A stretch of 64,000 nucleotides of DNA from positions 101,500 through 165,499 of the forward strand of contig CAYUII010000005.1 of NCBI GenBank assembly GCA_964444785.1, read 5' to 3'. The translations under genes and the position numbers were made by a program. The notes beneath the pieces were generated by a model. It searched no databases. It had not been told where the DNA came from and saw nothing but the letters and a program-made list of their open reading frames with translations. The DNA is from an uncultured Bacteroidales bacterium (GTDB lineage: Bacteria; Bacteroidota; Bacteroidia; Bacteroidales; TTA-H9). Positions 19,552 through 28,473 of this stretch are shown piece by piece (position 1 is the stretch's first letter; each line of letters starts with the position of its first letter).

Positions 19552-20748
19552 ATGAGAAGATTCGTTGAAATTGTTTTAAGCTTTTTTTGTTTGTTTGGCT
19601 TTTTGACTATAAATGGTCAAAATAGTATTTTGAAAGACAAAGAGAGCCTGTCTATTTTTCAGACAGAACCAAACTTGGGAACAATGCATGTTGTTCAAGT
19701 AAAGATTGGAGCAGGACAGCATCTTTACACTGGTGAGTCATTGAGTGATATTCTTGATGATGGGTATAGTTCGCTCGATATTCGAATAGGGTGGCAGTCT
19801 AAGGGATACGCTGATTGGCAGAAGGCCTGGAATTATCCTTTGTACGGAGTGGGCTTTTATACTGGATGGATTGGAGAAAGGAAGTATTTAGGAAAGCCGG
19901 GTGCTATTTATGGGTTCTTTAGACAGCCCTTTTTGAATAGGCCTAAACACCATTTTTCTTGGGATCTGGCAGTTGGTCTGACATATGATCTTAATCCGTA
20001 TGATCCAGAGGAGAATCCGTTAAATGATGCCATAGGTGGGAGGATGGCTGTTTATTTCACTGCAGGGATAGATGGGAATATTCATATAAAGCCTGATTTT
20101 GATTTGACTTACGGTTTTCAGGTTGCTCATTTTAGCAATGGGAGAATAGAGACTCCGAATTATGGTCTCAATATGGTAGGTGTGAATTTGGGTGTACAGT
20201 ATTATTTTAATTCTGCCAGAAAGTTATTACAGAAGATTAATCCTGATTATCCTGTGAGGTCTCGCCCTATATGGATGGATGCTGAGTTAAAGCCGTGGAA
20301 GTCTTATTATGAGTGGAGTGTTGGAATCGCAGCAGGGATTGTACAAGCAGGGATGCATGAGGAGTATTATGGAACCTTTTCTCTGACTACAGATCTTTAT
20401 AGAAGATATGATTATGTTGGAGGAATAGGGGTTGGATTGGATCTCTTTTATGATGGTTCTATGCTAAAGGAGCTCTCTGATGCTGGTGAAAGTATTCGCG
20501 ATGATTGGTACAAACTTTTGGTTGGGGCACACGTAGGCCACCGATTTTATATTTGGAGGTTTAGTATTGATCTTAATTTAGGTACCTATGTCTTTAAGAA
20601 GACAGATATTCATAAGAATATATTTGCCAGATTAGGATTAAAGTATAGTTTAACAGATCGCTGGTATAGTGGAGTTGCTTTAAAGACTCAGGGTTTATCG
20701 GCGGCAGATTGGGTGGAATGGGGAATTGGTTATCGACTATGGAAGTAA
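19552..20748 (+). CDS. Acyloxyacyl hydrolase / PagL-like outer-membrane beta-barrel (putative lipid A deacylase)
   Basis: Signal peptide; PagL-type HFSNG motif (AHFSNGRIETPNYGLN); amphipathic strands; ends WGIGYRLWK. Confidence 0.75.
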   Translation: MRRFVEIVLSFFCLFGFLTINGQNSILKDKESLSIFQTEPNLGTMHVVQVKIGAGQHLYTGESLSDILDDGYSSLDIRIGWQSKGYADWQKAWNYPLYGVGFYTGWIGERKYLGKPGAIYGFFRQPFLNRPKHHFSWDLAVGLTYDLNPYDPEENPLNDAIGGRMAVYFTAGIDGNIHIKPDFDLTYGFQVAHFSNGRIETPNYGLNMVGVNLGVQYYFNSARKLLQKINPDYPVRSRPIWMDAELKPWKSYYEWSVGIAAGIVQAGMHEEYYGTFSLTTDLYRRYDYVGGIGVGLDLFYDGSMLKELSDAGESIRDDWYKLLVGAHVGHRFYIWRFSIDLNLGTYVFKKTDIHKNIFARLGLKYSLTDRWYSGVALKTQGLSAADWVEWGIGYRLWK

Positions 20749-20755
20749 TCATGGC

Positions 20756-20800
20756 AAAACAAAAACAGCTCCTTTACATTAAAGGAGCTGTTTTTGTTTT
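20756..20800. terminator. Perfect bidirectional terminator
   Basis: AAAACAAAAACAGCTCCTTT-ACATT-AAAGGAGCTGTTTTTGTTTT. Confidence 0.85.
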
Positions 20801-20811
20801 TTTCGAAAGAA

Positions 20812-21171
20812 TTAAGCCTTTTCGACTTTCAAAACATCCTTGATAGCACTAATCAAAGAGTCTTTAGGTAGAGCACCTACTGCCATTTGAGGTTGACCAT
20901 CGGCAGGGCAGAAGAGCATCGAAGGGATGCTTCTGATGCCGAAGGCACCCGCAAGTTCTTGCTCTTCTTCGGTATTTACCTTATAAATATTAATTTTTCC
21001 ATCGTATTCTTTGGAAAGCTCTTCAAGAATAGGAGCAACCATTTTGCAAGGGCCACACCAATCAGCGTAGAAGTCGATAATACAGGGTAGCTTGCCTTCA
21101 AACTTCCACTCCTGATTCTGCTCGTAGTTGAAAACCTTATTTATGAAGGTCTCTTTTGTTAAATGTTCCAT
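20812..21171 (-). CDS. trxA: Thioredoxin (cytoplasmic)
   Basis: DFYADWCGPCKM, GIRSIPS; no signal peptide; ATG 21171 (MEHLTKETF) preferred. Confidence 0.9.
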   Translation of the reverse strand: MEHLTKETFINKVFNYEQNQEWKFEGKLPCIIDFYADWCGPCKMVAPILEELSKEYDGKINIYKVNTEEEQELAGAFGIRSIPSMLFCPADGQPQMAVGALPKDSLISAIKDVLKVEKA

Positions 21172-21203
21172 TGTATAATTATTTATTAATTGATTCAATA
21201 CAG

Positions 21204-21638
21204 TTATTTAGTAAGAAGAGTCTCATCGATGATTTTCTTGTAGGCATCTTTTGGATAAGCACCAGCTTGCATGGATGGTTTCCCTGTTTTAGGTATAAAC
21301 AGGATACTGGGAATACTTCGGATACCAAAAGCCCCTGCCACTTCCCTTTCCTTATCTGTGTTCACCTTATAAAAGATAACTTTGCCTTTATATTCCTTAG
21401 CTAGTTCTTCCATTATAGGTGCTACTCTTTTACATGGCCCACACCAGTCGGCATAGAAATCAACCACCGCAGGCATCTTCCCTTTATAGTTCCAGTTATC
21501 TTTATTCGCTTCCCAATCGAATACCTTTTGCTTGAATTCAGCTGAGGTTAGATAAATAACTTTCCCTTCATTGCTTTGGCCTAGTAGATTAACTCCTATC
21601 ATCACCAAAACAGCAAGCAACAAAATTGTCCTCTTCAT
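21204..21638 (-). CDS. Thioredoxin with a cleavable Sec-type signal peptide
   Basis: MKRTILLLAVLVMIGVNLLG-Q; DFYADWCGPCKR; GIRSIPS. Confidence 0.88.
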   Translation of the reverse strand: MKRTILLLAVLVMIGVNLLGQSNEGKVIYLTSAEFKQKVFDWEANKDNWNYKGKMPAVVDFYADWCGPCKRVAPIMEELAKEYKGKVIFYKVNTDKEREVAGAFGIRSIPSILFIPKTGKPSMQAGAYPKDAYKKIIDETLLTK

Positions 21639-21648
21639 ATATCTATTT

Positions 21649-22176
21649 TTATTTAGTAACAGGTGATACTGCCTCTATTGAGGTGTTCCCAAAAAGATAT
21701 TTCTCGATGTTATCAGTAAACATCCTCTCGGTTAATTCTGGGGTAGGTAAAATCCCCATAGAAAACTCAGGTTCTCCCTTCACAGGGATATACATAAACG
21801 ATGGTATCGTGTTTATTTGTAAAACAGATGCTAAGCCACGATTTTGATCTGTATCTATTTTATAAAACATCACTTTACCTTTGTATGTCTTCGCTAGTCG
21901 TTCAAGAACCGGCGCAGCCTTCTTACATGGAGCACACCAATCTGCATAAAAATCTATTACAACAGGTACGGTTCCTTTGTACTCAAAGGCACCAGGCTGA
22001 ACACTATAATCCCACATGTTCTCCCTAAAATACTCTTCATCTATAATATTGACTACACCTTCCGCTATAACCTCATTTGTTTTAGCCTCTTTGTCTCCTT
22101 TACCTCCTCCTTTGCACGAGGTAATTACTAAAGAACTTACGAGAAGTAGACTTGCTAAAATATATACTTTCTTCAT
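21649..22176 (-). CDS. Thioredoxin-domain lipoprotein
   Basis: MKKVYILASLLLVSSLVITS-C lipobox; DFYADWCAPCKK; TAnnTTTG box immediately upstream supports ATG 22176. Confidence 0.85.
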   Translation of the reverse strand: MKKVYILASLLLVSSLVITSCKGGGKGDKEAKTNEVIAEGVVNIIDEEYFRENMWDYSVQPGAFEYKGTVPVVIDFYADWCAPCKKAAPVLERLAKTYKGKVMFYKIDTDQNRGLASVLQINTIPSFMYIPVKGEPEFSMGILPTPELTERMFTDNIEKYLFGNTSIEAVSPVTK

Positions 22177-22281
22177 AGTCGCTGTTTTTTGCAAAGATAT
22201 ATTAATTCTGTTTGATAAATCGCTTTAGTAGCACTTTTGTTGTAATTTTGCAAGAATCATTCCATAAACAGATATGTCAAT

Positions 22282-22719
22282 ATGTCAGACCTGATTCCTT
22301 ATACAAGCTTTAACCCAGATGATATTGATAAACAATTAGACAGCCAAGAAGGTTGTTTGTTATACTTAGAAAAAGTTAAGTGGAGCAATGGTTTTGTTTG
22401 TAGAAAATGTGGTCATACAAACTATTGTAAAGGTAAGACAGTAGGAGCCAGGAGGTGCACTAAATGTAAGAAGGAGGAGTCAGCAACTGCACATACGCCC
22501 TTTCATCGATGTCATCTGCCATTACCCGAGGCCTTTAGAATTGCTAAGATGGTGTGCAATAACCCGACGATGTCAAGCTATTCTTTGTCTGATGCCATGG
22601 AGATTAGGCAAATGACCTGTTGGCGGTTCAAAAAGAAGATTATGGATTGTTTAAAGACCAATGATCCTCTTGCTTTGCAGATAAAAGAGGGGATGTACCA
22701 AAAAGGTAATTCTCTTTAA
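22282..22719 (+). CDS. Stand-alone IS1595-type zinc-ribbon/HTH protein lacking the DDE transposase domain
   Basis: EGCLLYLEKVKWSNGFVCRKC...RCTKC...SATAHTPFH...IRQMTCWRFKKKI matches the IS1595 transposase N-terminus; stops at 145 aa; TAnnTTTG box (TAATTTTG) upstream. Confidence 0.75.
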   Translation: MSDLIPYTSFNPDDIDKQLDSQEGCLLYLEKVKWSNGFVCRKCGHTNYCKGKTVGARRCTKCKKEESATAHTPFHRCHLPLPEAFRIAKMVCNNPTMSSYSLSDAMEIRQMTCWRFKKKIMDCLKTNDPLALQIKEGMYQKGNSL

Positions 22720-22750
22720 TGATTTAAGGAACGGAACAAGGTCTGAGAGG

Positions 22751-23158
22751 TTATATTCCTACGAGTTTTGGAAACCATCGTTTGAATAGATAATAGGAAA
22801 TGTAGCCTGGAAAGAATCCAAAAACGTTGGCCAGTTCATCAAATAGGTCAAAGGAGCGCCCCCAGGGACCTAATCCTTGAAGTATTTCCATTGTTAATCC
22901 CCAAAGAAATATTGATAAGAGTGGAATCCATCTGCGTTTTGGAATATCCATGTTGGGCCATCCTAAAAAAAGCAGAAAGGTAAACCCTGCATACATTGTC
23001 ATATGGATCAATTTGTCAGCATGTGGGAAAAGGACAACTCTTGGTAAATCGTTCGAAGAGATCAAACTTAGTAGAGTAATTAATAGTAGATAAAGAAAGA
23101 AAAGGATTTTACGGATCATTATTTTTGTTGTTTGTGCAAAAGTAGAAAGCAAATTCAA
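22751..23158 (-). CDS. VanZ family membrane protein
   Basis: ADKLIHMTMYAG, MEILQ, GRSFDLFDELANVFG; a later ATG (MIRKIL) is possible. Confidence 0.85.
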   Translation of the reverse strand: MNLLSTFAQTTKIMIRKILFFLYLLLITLLSLISSNDLPRVVLFPHADKLIHMTMYAGFTFLLFLGWPNMDIPKRRWIPLLSIFLWGLTMEILQGLGPWGRSFDLFDELANVFGFFPGYISYYLFKRWFPKLVGI

Positions 23159-23166
23159 TATGAAAC

Positions 23167-23195
23167 AAAAAAAGAGACACGCAAAGTGTCTCTTT
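23167..23195 (-). terminator. Intrinsic terminator of the C1 peptidase gene
   Basis: AAAGAGACAC-GCAAA-GTGTCTCTTT. Confidence 0.75.
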
Positions 23196-23219
23196 AGAAT
23201 TATTTCATATAAGTTGCTC

Positions 23220-24929
23220 TTAGTGGGCTCTCCGTTTCTGTCCCATTCCTGAGTCCTTTAAATGGAATTTATTGACTTTGGATTGAAGATCGCCTGACTC
23301 TTTTCTGCTCTTAATTAAGCTCATAATCTCTTTTGGTGAATAGGTATTCATTCTGCCGGGTTTAACTAAGGTCTGATAAGGTGAGTTCTGGTAGAATGCC
23401 ATTGGTCGGTTAGGATTAGCAATTTTCAGGGAAGATTTGGGTGAAATAATTCCATTGGTTAATTCTAACGGACTACCATCTGAATTGCTATAAAAGAAGT
23501 AATTATTGTCTTCGTTTACCTCTTCGATATCATTAAAGCCATCGGCAATTAATACCAAATAGTATTTTCCCGTAAGATTTGATGGCATTTGATAGGTAAA
23601 GCTAAACTGTGAGCCAGTATTCCCATATAATGCCTCAGCCACGCTCTTTCCTGACGGTACATCGATATAATTCCACCAACTTCCAGCTATTCCATATCCA
23701 TCAGGCCAAAAATCATTAGCTCCGGGTGTAGTGCTAAATTCATCGGTATAATAATCGTGAATGAGAATACCGTAGTCATTCGCATCATAAGCATTGTAAT
23801 ACATATAAAGGATGCTCCATCTGTCAGCCGATTTAATGAGTGAGGTTCCCGAGTTATATACATCATAAACAATCTCACGATCAAGAGCACTGGTAGATTG
23901 AGCGTTTGGTGAGTCAGTCAGGTTCCATGAAAGTAAATCGGTTCCACTGGCTACATTTCCTATTTGATTGTTTTGTATCTCCACCTCTGTTTTATTCTGA
24001 GCTACAAAAGCAGCATAGCAGAAACTATTTAGGAAGAAGGTATAGTCTACCCAGATAGTGCCATTACTACCCCATGTTTCTCCCCACGAGTTGATAATCT
24101 TAAAGGCTTGTCGTGAGTCATCGTAACCGGCAAGGATGAGAGCATGGTAAGCATGTTGCATGCCGGGGTTCAGATAGGTATCATAGTCTAAGATGGCGTC
24201 ACTATTCCAACGCATAAATCGATCTCCAAGTTGAGCACCAATAACAATGGGGCGTCCTTCTGCCAGATATCCTTTGAAATTTTCTACCGTCATGGAAGCA
24301 GTGTTGCTTTTATCTGCGATCTTACGATAATTGACAAGTTTATTATCGGCCGCATCTTGATTCCAGCTACTTGGGGGTGTCTGAGAGCAATCACCTATAT
24401 TGGTATATGGAGCAGTGGCCAGTGAAGCCCCGCCCCGGCTAATTAGGACTTCCATAGCTGCCTCAAATTGGGTCCCATTACAGTTATATCCCTTTTCGGA
24501 GGTAGGGATGGCTAGGAAAAGGTCAGCCGGACTGGTTTGATTTTCTGTCTTTGAAAGTTGGGTTGACGTCCATTGATTATCAATTCCATTCAGAACTGTT
24601 TTTAGGTTATAGGCGGTAGCCCAGGCGACGCAGGTTCCATAGTTCCCTTGGTTTCCAATTGGAGGGAATTTGCTGCTAAGGTCAATACTTGATGGTAGGT
24701 TTCCACTATTATCATGTATGACAATATCTTGAGGGATACTAGGGATGTCTTCGTTTCCAGCGATCCAACTTGCTAAGGATTGTACAGCAGCTTCAGATAA
24801 GATATCTATGATCTGTTCTACATCCTCTTTTGTACAGGAGGTGGTTATTCCAATGGCTCCCGAAAGGGATAATGCAAGGAAAAGGTACTTTATTCTACTT
24901 TTAATTGCGAATGGTTTCTTTATCATCAT
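23220..24929 (-). CDS. Papain-like C1 cysteine peptidase lipoprotein with a C-terminal CARDB-like domain
   Basis: Lipobox ITTS-C; GNQGNYGTCVAWA (oxyanion Gln, catalytic Cys), YHALILAGYDD (His), IINSWG (Asn); C-terminal YYLVLIAD...EVNEDNN. Confidence 0.85.
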   Translation of the reverse strand: MMIKKPFAIKSRIKYLFLALSLSGAIGITTSCTKEDVEQIIDILSEAAVQSLASWIAGNEDIPSIPQDIVIHDNSGNLPSSIDLSSKFPPIGNQGNYGTCVAWATAYNLKTVLNGIDNQWTSTQLSKTENQTSPADLFLAIPTSEKGYNCNGTQFEAAMEVLISRGGASLATAPYTNIGDCSQTPPSSWNQDAADNKLVNYRKIADKSNTASMTVENFKGYLAEGRPIVIGAQLGDRFMRWNSDAILDYDTYLNPGMQHAYHALILAGYDDSRQAFKIINSWGETWGSNGTIWVDYTFFLNSFCYAAFVAQNKTEVEIQNNQIGNVASGTDLLSWNLTDSPNAQSTSALDREIVYDVYNSGTSLIKSADRWSILYMYYNAYDANDYGILIHDYYTDEFSTTPGANDFWPDGYGIAGSWWNYIDVPSGKSVAEALYGNTGSQFSFTYQMPSNLTGKYYLVLIADGFNDIEEVNEDNNYFFYSNSDGSPLELTNGIISPKSSLKIANPNRPMAFYQNSPYQTLVKPGRMNTYSPKEIMSLIKSRKESGDLQSKVNKFHLKDSGMGQKRRAH

Positions 24930-24991
24930 TTATCTTAATCTATTTGTTAATCATGAAATCGTATATAGCAATTATTATACCTATGGAATTT

Positions 24992-25978
24992 TTAATTGTT
25001 TTGTTCTATTCTTCGGTATGTGAAACCTCTTACTTCTCCTATCATACCTTGCCAGTTTTTTTTGTTGGAAGATAATCCTTTTAGCTCGATGTCTTGACCC
25101 ACAAAGAGGCTTCCTGTCAAGTCAATTAAATCTTCAACTTTCGTGTTGTTGAGTTTGATATTTTTAAAGATCATATTGTCTTTGAAAAAGAGTGAACCAT
25201 CAATTTTACCTTCTATGATCTCTATGCCCGATCTAAACTGCGCATTTGAGATCAGTACACTAGTGCTTGCGTGAAGGTAGTTTAAAAGAGTTCTTCCTTC
25301 AACGCGAACCAATGAAAGATCTATGGCTCCTTTGCATAGAAGGTTTGATGCATAAAGGTTATTCCCGATCGTTGCCTCTTGTAGGGAGAGTTTGTCTTCA
25401 AACTGACTATCGTTTAAGTAAAGATCCCCATGAAATCTACAATTTTGCAAGTTGCACTTTGATAATGCGGAAATCTTATTTAGATATACCTGCTCACTTT
25501 TAAATTCTGATCCACTTAACACGATTGATTTGCTAAATTTGGAATAGGCTAGGTTTACAGGGTATTCAAAAATACTGTTTTCAAGGTTTATATTAGATCT
25601 AAAGTCGCAATCTTCAAAAACTACTTGTCTTAAAAAACGAGTAGTAACTGTCGAGTTTGAATAACTACCCATCGAAGTCACACTGTCTAAAAAGATGCAA
25701 TTGATAAAAACTACAGGTACGCTCACTTGAGCCTCTAAATGTCCAGATCCGATCATTGTCAAGTCACTGACCTGGGTGAAGTCTATCTTTCCTGTGATTA
25801 TACAGTCTTTGTAGATGGCCTGCTTCTGTTTTTTTATTTTTGATATAACCTCTTTTGCCGAGATACCGTTCTTTATAGTGGATTTGTCTTTAGCCTGACA
25901 TGAAACATTGACTAGAAGTATTAAGGAGATTAATAGGCTTGTCCTGATGGTATCTTTAAGTATGAAGAGACTCTTCAT
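24992..25978 (-). CDS. Exported pentapeptide-repeat / beta-helix protein
   Basis: Signal or lipobox NVS-C; repeating xxFxx/xxLxx units (CDFRS, SIFEY, SKFSK, SEFKS, CRFHG, SQFED). Confidence 0.65.
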   Translation of the reverse strand: MKSLFILKDTIRTSLLISLILLVNVSCQAKDKSTIKNGISAKEVISKIKKQKQAIYKDCIITGKIDFTQVSDLTMIGSGHLEAQVSVPVVFINCIFLDSVTSMGSYSNSTVTTRFLRQVVFEDCDFRSNINLENSIFEYPVNLAYSKFSKSIVLSGSEFKSEQVYLNKISALSKCNLQNCRFHGDLYLNDSQFEDKLSLQEATIGNNLYASNLLCKGAIDLSLVRVEGRTLLNYLHASTSVLISNAQFRSGIEIIEGKIDGSLFFKDNMIFKNIKLNNTKVEDLIDLTGSLFVGQDIELKGLSSNKKNWQGMIGEVRGFTYRRIEQNN

Positions 25979-26338
25979 TATGCTATATTTTTGGGGTGTA
26001 ATAGATAGGTCGCTTTAGATCGGATAAACAAACTCCGTTTTTTTTACAAAAATAGCTTTTAAACTTAATTAATAGTTTATGATTTTGAATTAGCCGTTTA
26101 AACGTATTGATTAGGACGAACCCTGGTTTCATTTGGGTAAAAAGATGTTTAGAAAATGGTAGGTGAACATCCAAAATATTTGTAAAAGCCAGCTTAGAAC
26201 GCTACGATATCACTAACTTAGAGAGCGAATTATAGAAGTAAGCTGAATGAGACTGTTATGATAATAGTTTATTCATAGATAGTAGTGTTTTAACCTCAGT
26301 TGTATGCCTTCTTTTCAATCTCTAACAATTTATAGACC

Positions 26339-28423
26339 ATGAAGAAAACGTTGTTTTTTCTAATGCTTGTCGCTTTTTTTTCAGCCTATGGACAAGAGGT
26401 AACAAGAGACGAAGCAATTATTGTTGCTAAAAATTATTTTTCATCTCTTGATAGGAATAGTAAGCAAGTAATCACATTCAACAGCCTGAATGAAAATCGA
26501 GTCAATGACATCACCACCTGGTATGTTGTAAACTTTTTACCTGAGGGTTGGGTGATCGTTTCTGGAAGGAAGGAGACTAGACCAATTCTTGCATTTAGTT
26601 ATACGGGTTCTCTCTCCCTTGATAAGGCTACACCGCCTTTTCTTATGTGGACTCAGTACTATTCGTCTGAAATAAGTCTTGCTGTATCTGATAAAAAGTT
26701 AGCTCAGCATGGTGATTGGAGTGCTCTTTTAAACGGATCTAACTTGAAAAAAGGCAATGTACGATCACTATTGCCAATATTGACGAGTACATGGAATCAG
26801 GATTGGCCATACAATGATTCTTGTCCGGCAGATGCTGCTGGCCCTCATGGAAGAACCTATGCCGGTTGTGTGGCTACGGCTATGGGACAGCTGCTGTACT
26901 ATTTTAGGTATCCTGAGCATGGTATGGGCAGTTATTCCTATGAGTGTCCTGGTTATGGCACTCTATCGGCTGATTTTTCATTGGCAAGCTATGATTGGTC
27001 GGCTATGTCAGATGCCATAGATCGGAGTAATCCTGAGATTGCTAAATTATTATATCATTTAGGGATTTCCGTTGATATGCAATATGGTCCTGATGGTTCT
27101 GGTATGTATAATCATAAGGCGGCCTACTCTTTACGAACCTATTTTGGGTTAAACCCCGGAACATGTTATCTGTATCGTGACTCAACAAATCTGAACTGGG
27201 ATAGTGTAATAATCGATCATCTTGATCGTAGGATTCCTCTCTACTATGCTGGCTGGTCAGTGCCCAATATTAACGGACATGCTTTTATTTGCGACGGGTA
27301 CCAAGACTCCACTCTATTCCATTTTAATTTTGGATGGGGTGGTAATACAGATGGATATTATTCCATAGATCCGCTAATGCCTGGGGGAAGTAACTTTAAT
27401 TTGGCTCAAGAACTGATTATAAATGCAACACCCTATCAACCGGGTAATCCTTACCCCTCAATTGGATGTCAGAGTGGGAGCACTCTTCGATCATTTGATG
27501 GATCGTTAACTGATGGCGGAAATCCGTTGATTGGTTATAGTGCAGCTGATTGCAATTGGCTTATTGAACCACAGTCTATGATAGATTCTGTGTCAGCCCT
27601 TACCTTGTCTTTTAATTTGTTAGATCTCGATACGGGAGACTCCATTTATATTTATGCTGGTACTAATTCACAATCGCCGCTGTTAGGTAGTTGGGGTGGC
27701 TCAATCCTACCAGATGATATTAACTACGATGGGAATACTTTGTTTGTGTCGTTCAAAGCGAATAGTAATTCTGCCTCAAATGGATTTGACATCTCCTATC
27801 ATGCTACTTTACCCGTTTACTGTAAGATTATGCCCACTATTTATGATTTTAACGGAAGCATTGAAGATGGGTCGGGTCGGTTTCAATATAATGATGATCA
27901 AACCTGTTTATGGCGTATCCAGCCTGATGGAGCTCAGTCTATCACTCTTGTGTTTGATGAATTTGCTTTGGCTACGGATGACTACCTTAAGATTACTAAC
28001 CTTGTCTCAAATGAGGTTGTAGCAGAGATTTATGGACAAGATGATCCATCCTTTATACCAGAGGATCTTTTTATTCCAGCATCTAAGATTTCCGTATTGT
28101 TTAAAACGAATGATTCAAACAGGGAACAGGGTTGGAAAATGCACTATGATTCAAATGTGGGGGTAGATCAATTGAGCTCGGAAAGTAGATTATCCATTCT
28201 TCCGAATCCTAATAATGGATCATTTTCAATACGTTTTCCCGAGTCGATTCAAATTTCTGACCTAACCATTTACAATGAAACGGGGATTGCAGTCTATTCG
28301 CAAAAAGATGGATCTTTGACTCCATCTCTAGATTTAAGATTGTCGCTACAACCAGGTCTTTATTTCGTAACAGCGATTAGTCGTAACGGGATCAGTTACA
28401 TCGGAAAATTTATAGTCAACTGA
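26339..28423 (+). CDS. C10 (streptopain-like) cysteine peptidase with I69 prodomain, CUB domains and T9SS CTD
   Basis: WNQDWPYN, AGCVATAMGQ (Cys), NGHAFICDGY (His), HFNFGWGG; CUB-like DGSGRFQY...CLWRI; LPNPNNG...GLYFV CTD. Confidence 0.9.
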   Translation: MKKTLFFLMLVAFFSAYGQEVTRDEAIIVAKNYFSSLDRNSKQVITFNSLNENRVNDITTWYVVNFLPEGWVIVSGRKETRPILAFSYTGSLSLDKATPPFLMWTQYYSSEISLAVSDKKLAQHGDWSALLNGSNLKKGNVRSLLPILTSTWNQDWPYNDSCPADAAGPHGRTYAGCVATAMGQLLYYFRYPEHGMGSYSYECPGYGTLSADFSLASYDWSAMSDAIDRSNPEIAKLLYHLGISVDMQYGPDGSGMYNHKAAYSLRTYFGLNPGTCYLYRDSTNLNWDSVIIDHLDRRIPLYYAGWSVPNINGHAFICDGYQDSTLFHFNFGWGGNTDGYYSIDPLMPGGSNFNLAQELIINATPYQPGNPYPSIGCQSGSTLRSFDGSLTDGGNPLIGYSAADCNWLIEPQSMIDSVSALTLSFNLLDLDTGDSIYIYAGTNSQSPLLGSWGGSILPDDINYDGNTLFVSFKANSNSASNGFDISYHATLPVYCKIMPTIYDFNGSIEDGSGRFQYNDDQTCLWRIQPDGAQSITLVFDEFALATDDYLKITNLVSNEVVAEIYGQDDPSFIPEDLFIPASKISVLFKTNDSNREQGWKMHYDSNVGVDQLSSESRLSILPNPNNGSFSIRFPESIQISDLTIYNETGIAVYSQKDGSLTPSLDLRLSLQPGLYFVTAISRNGISYIGKFIVN

Positions 28424-28473
28424 TCCCGACATATTTTTTTTTCGATAGTGGCTGGATGTGATAAATTTTGAGG

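Noticed and set aside
20812-22176. Selenocysteine or stop-codon recoding in thioredoxins or other redox genes
   Set aside because: All CxxC motifs are encoded with normal Cys; no in-frame TGA interrupts a recognisable domain
22230-22760. Active IS1595 insertion sequence
   Set aside because: No DDE catalytic domain, terminal inverted repeats or target-site duplication visible; kept as a domestication candidate instead
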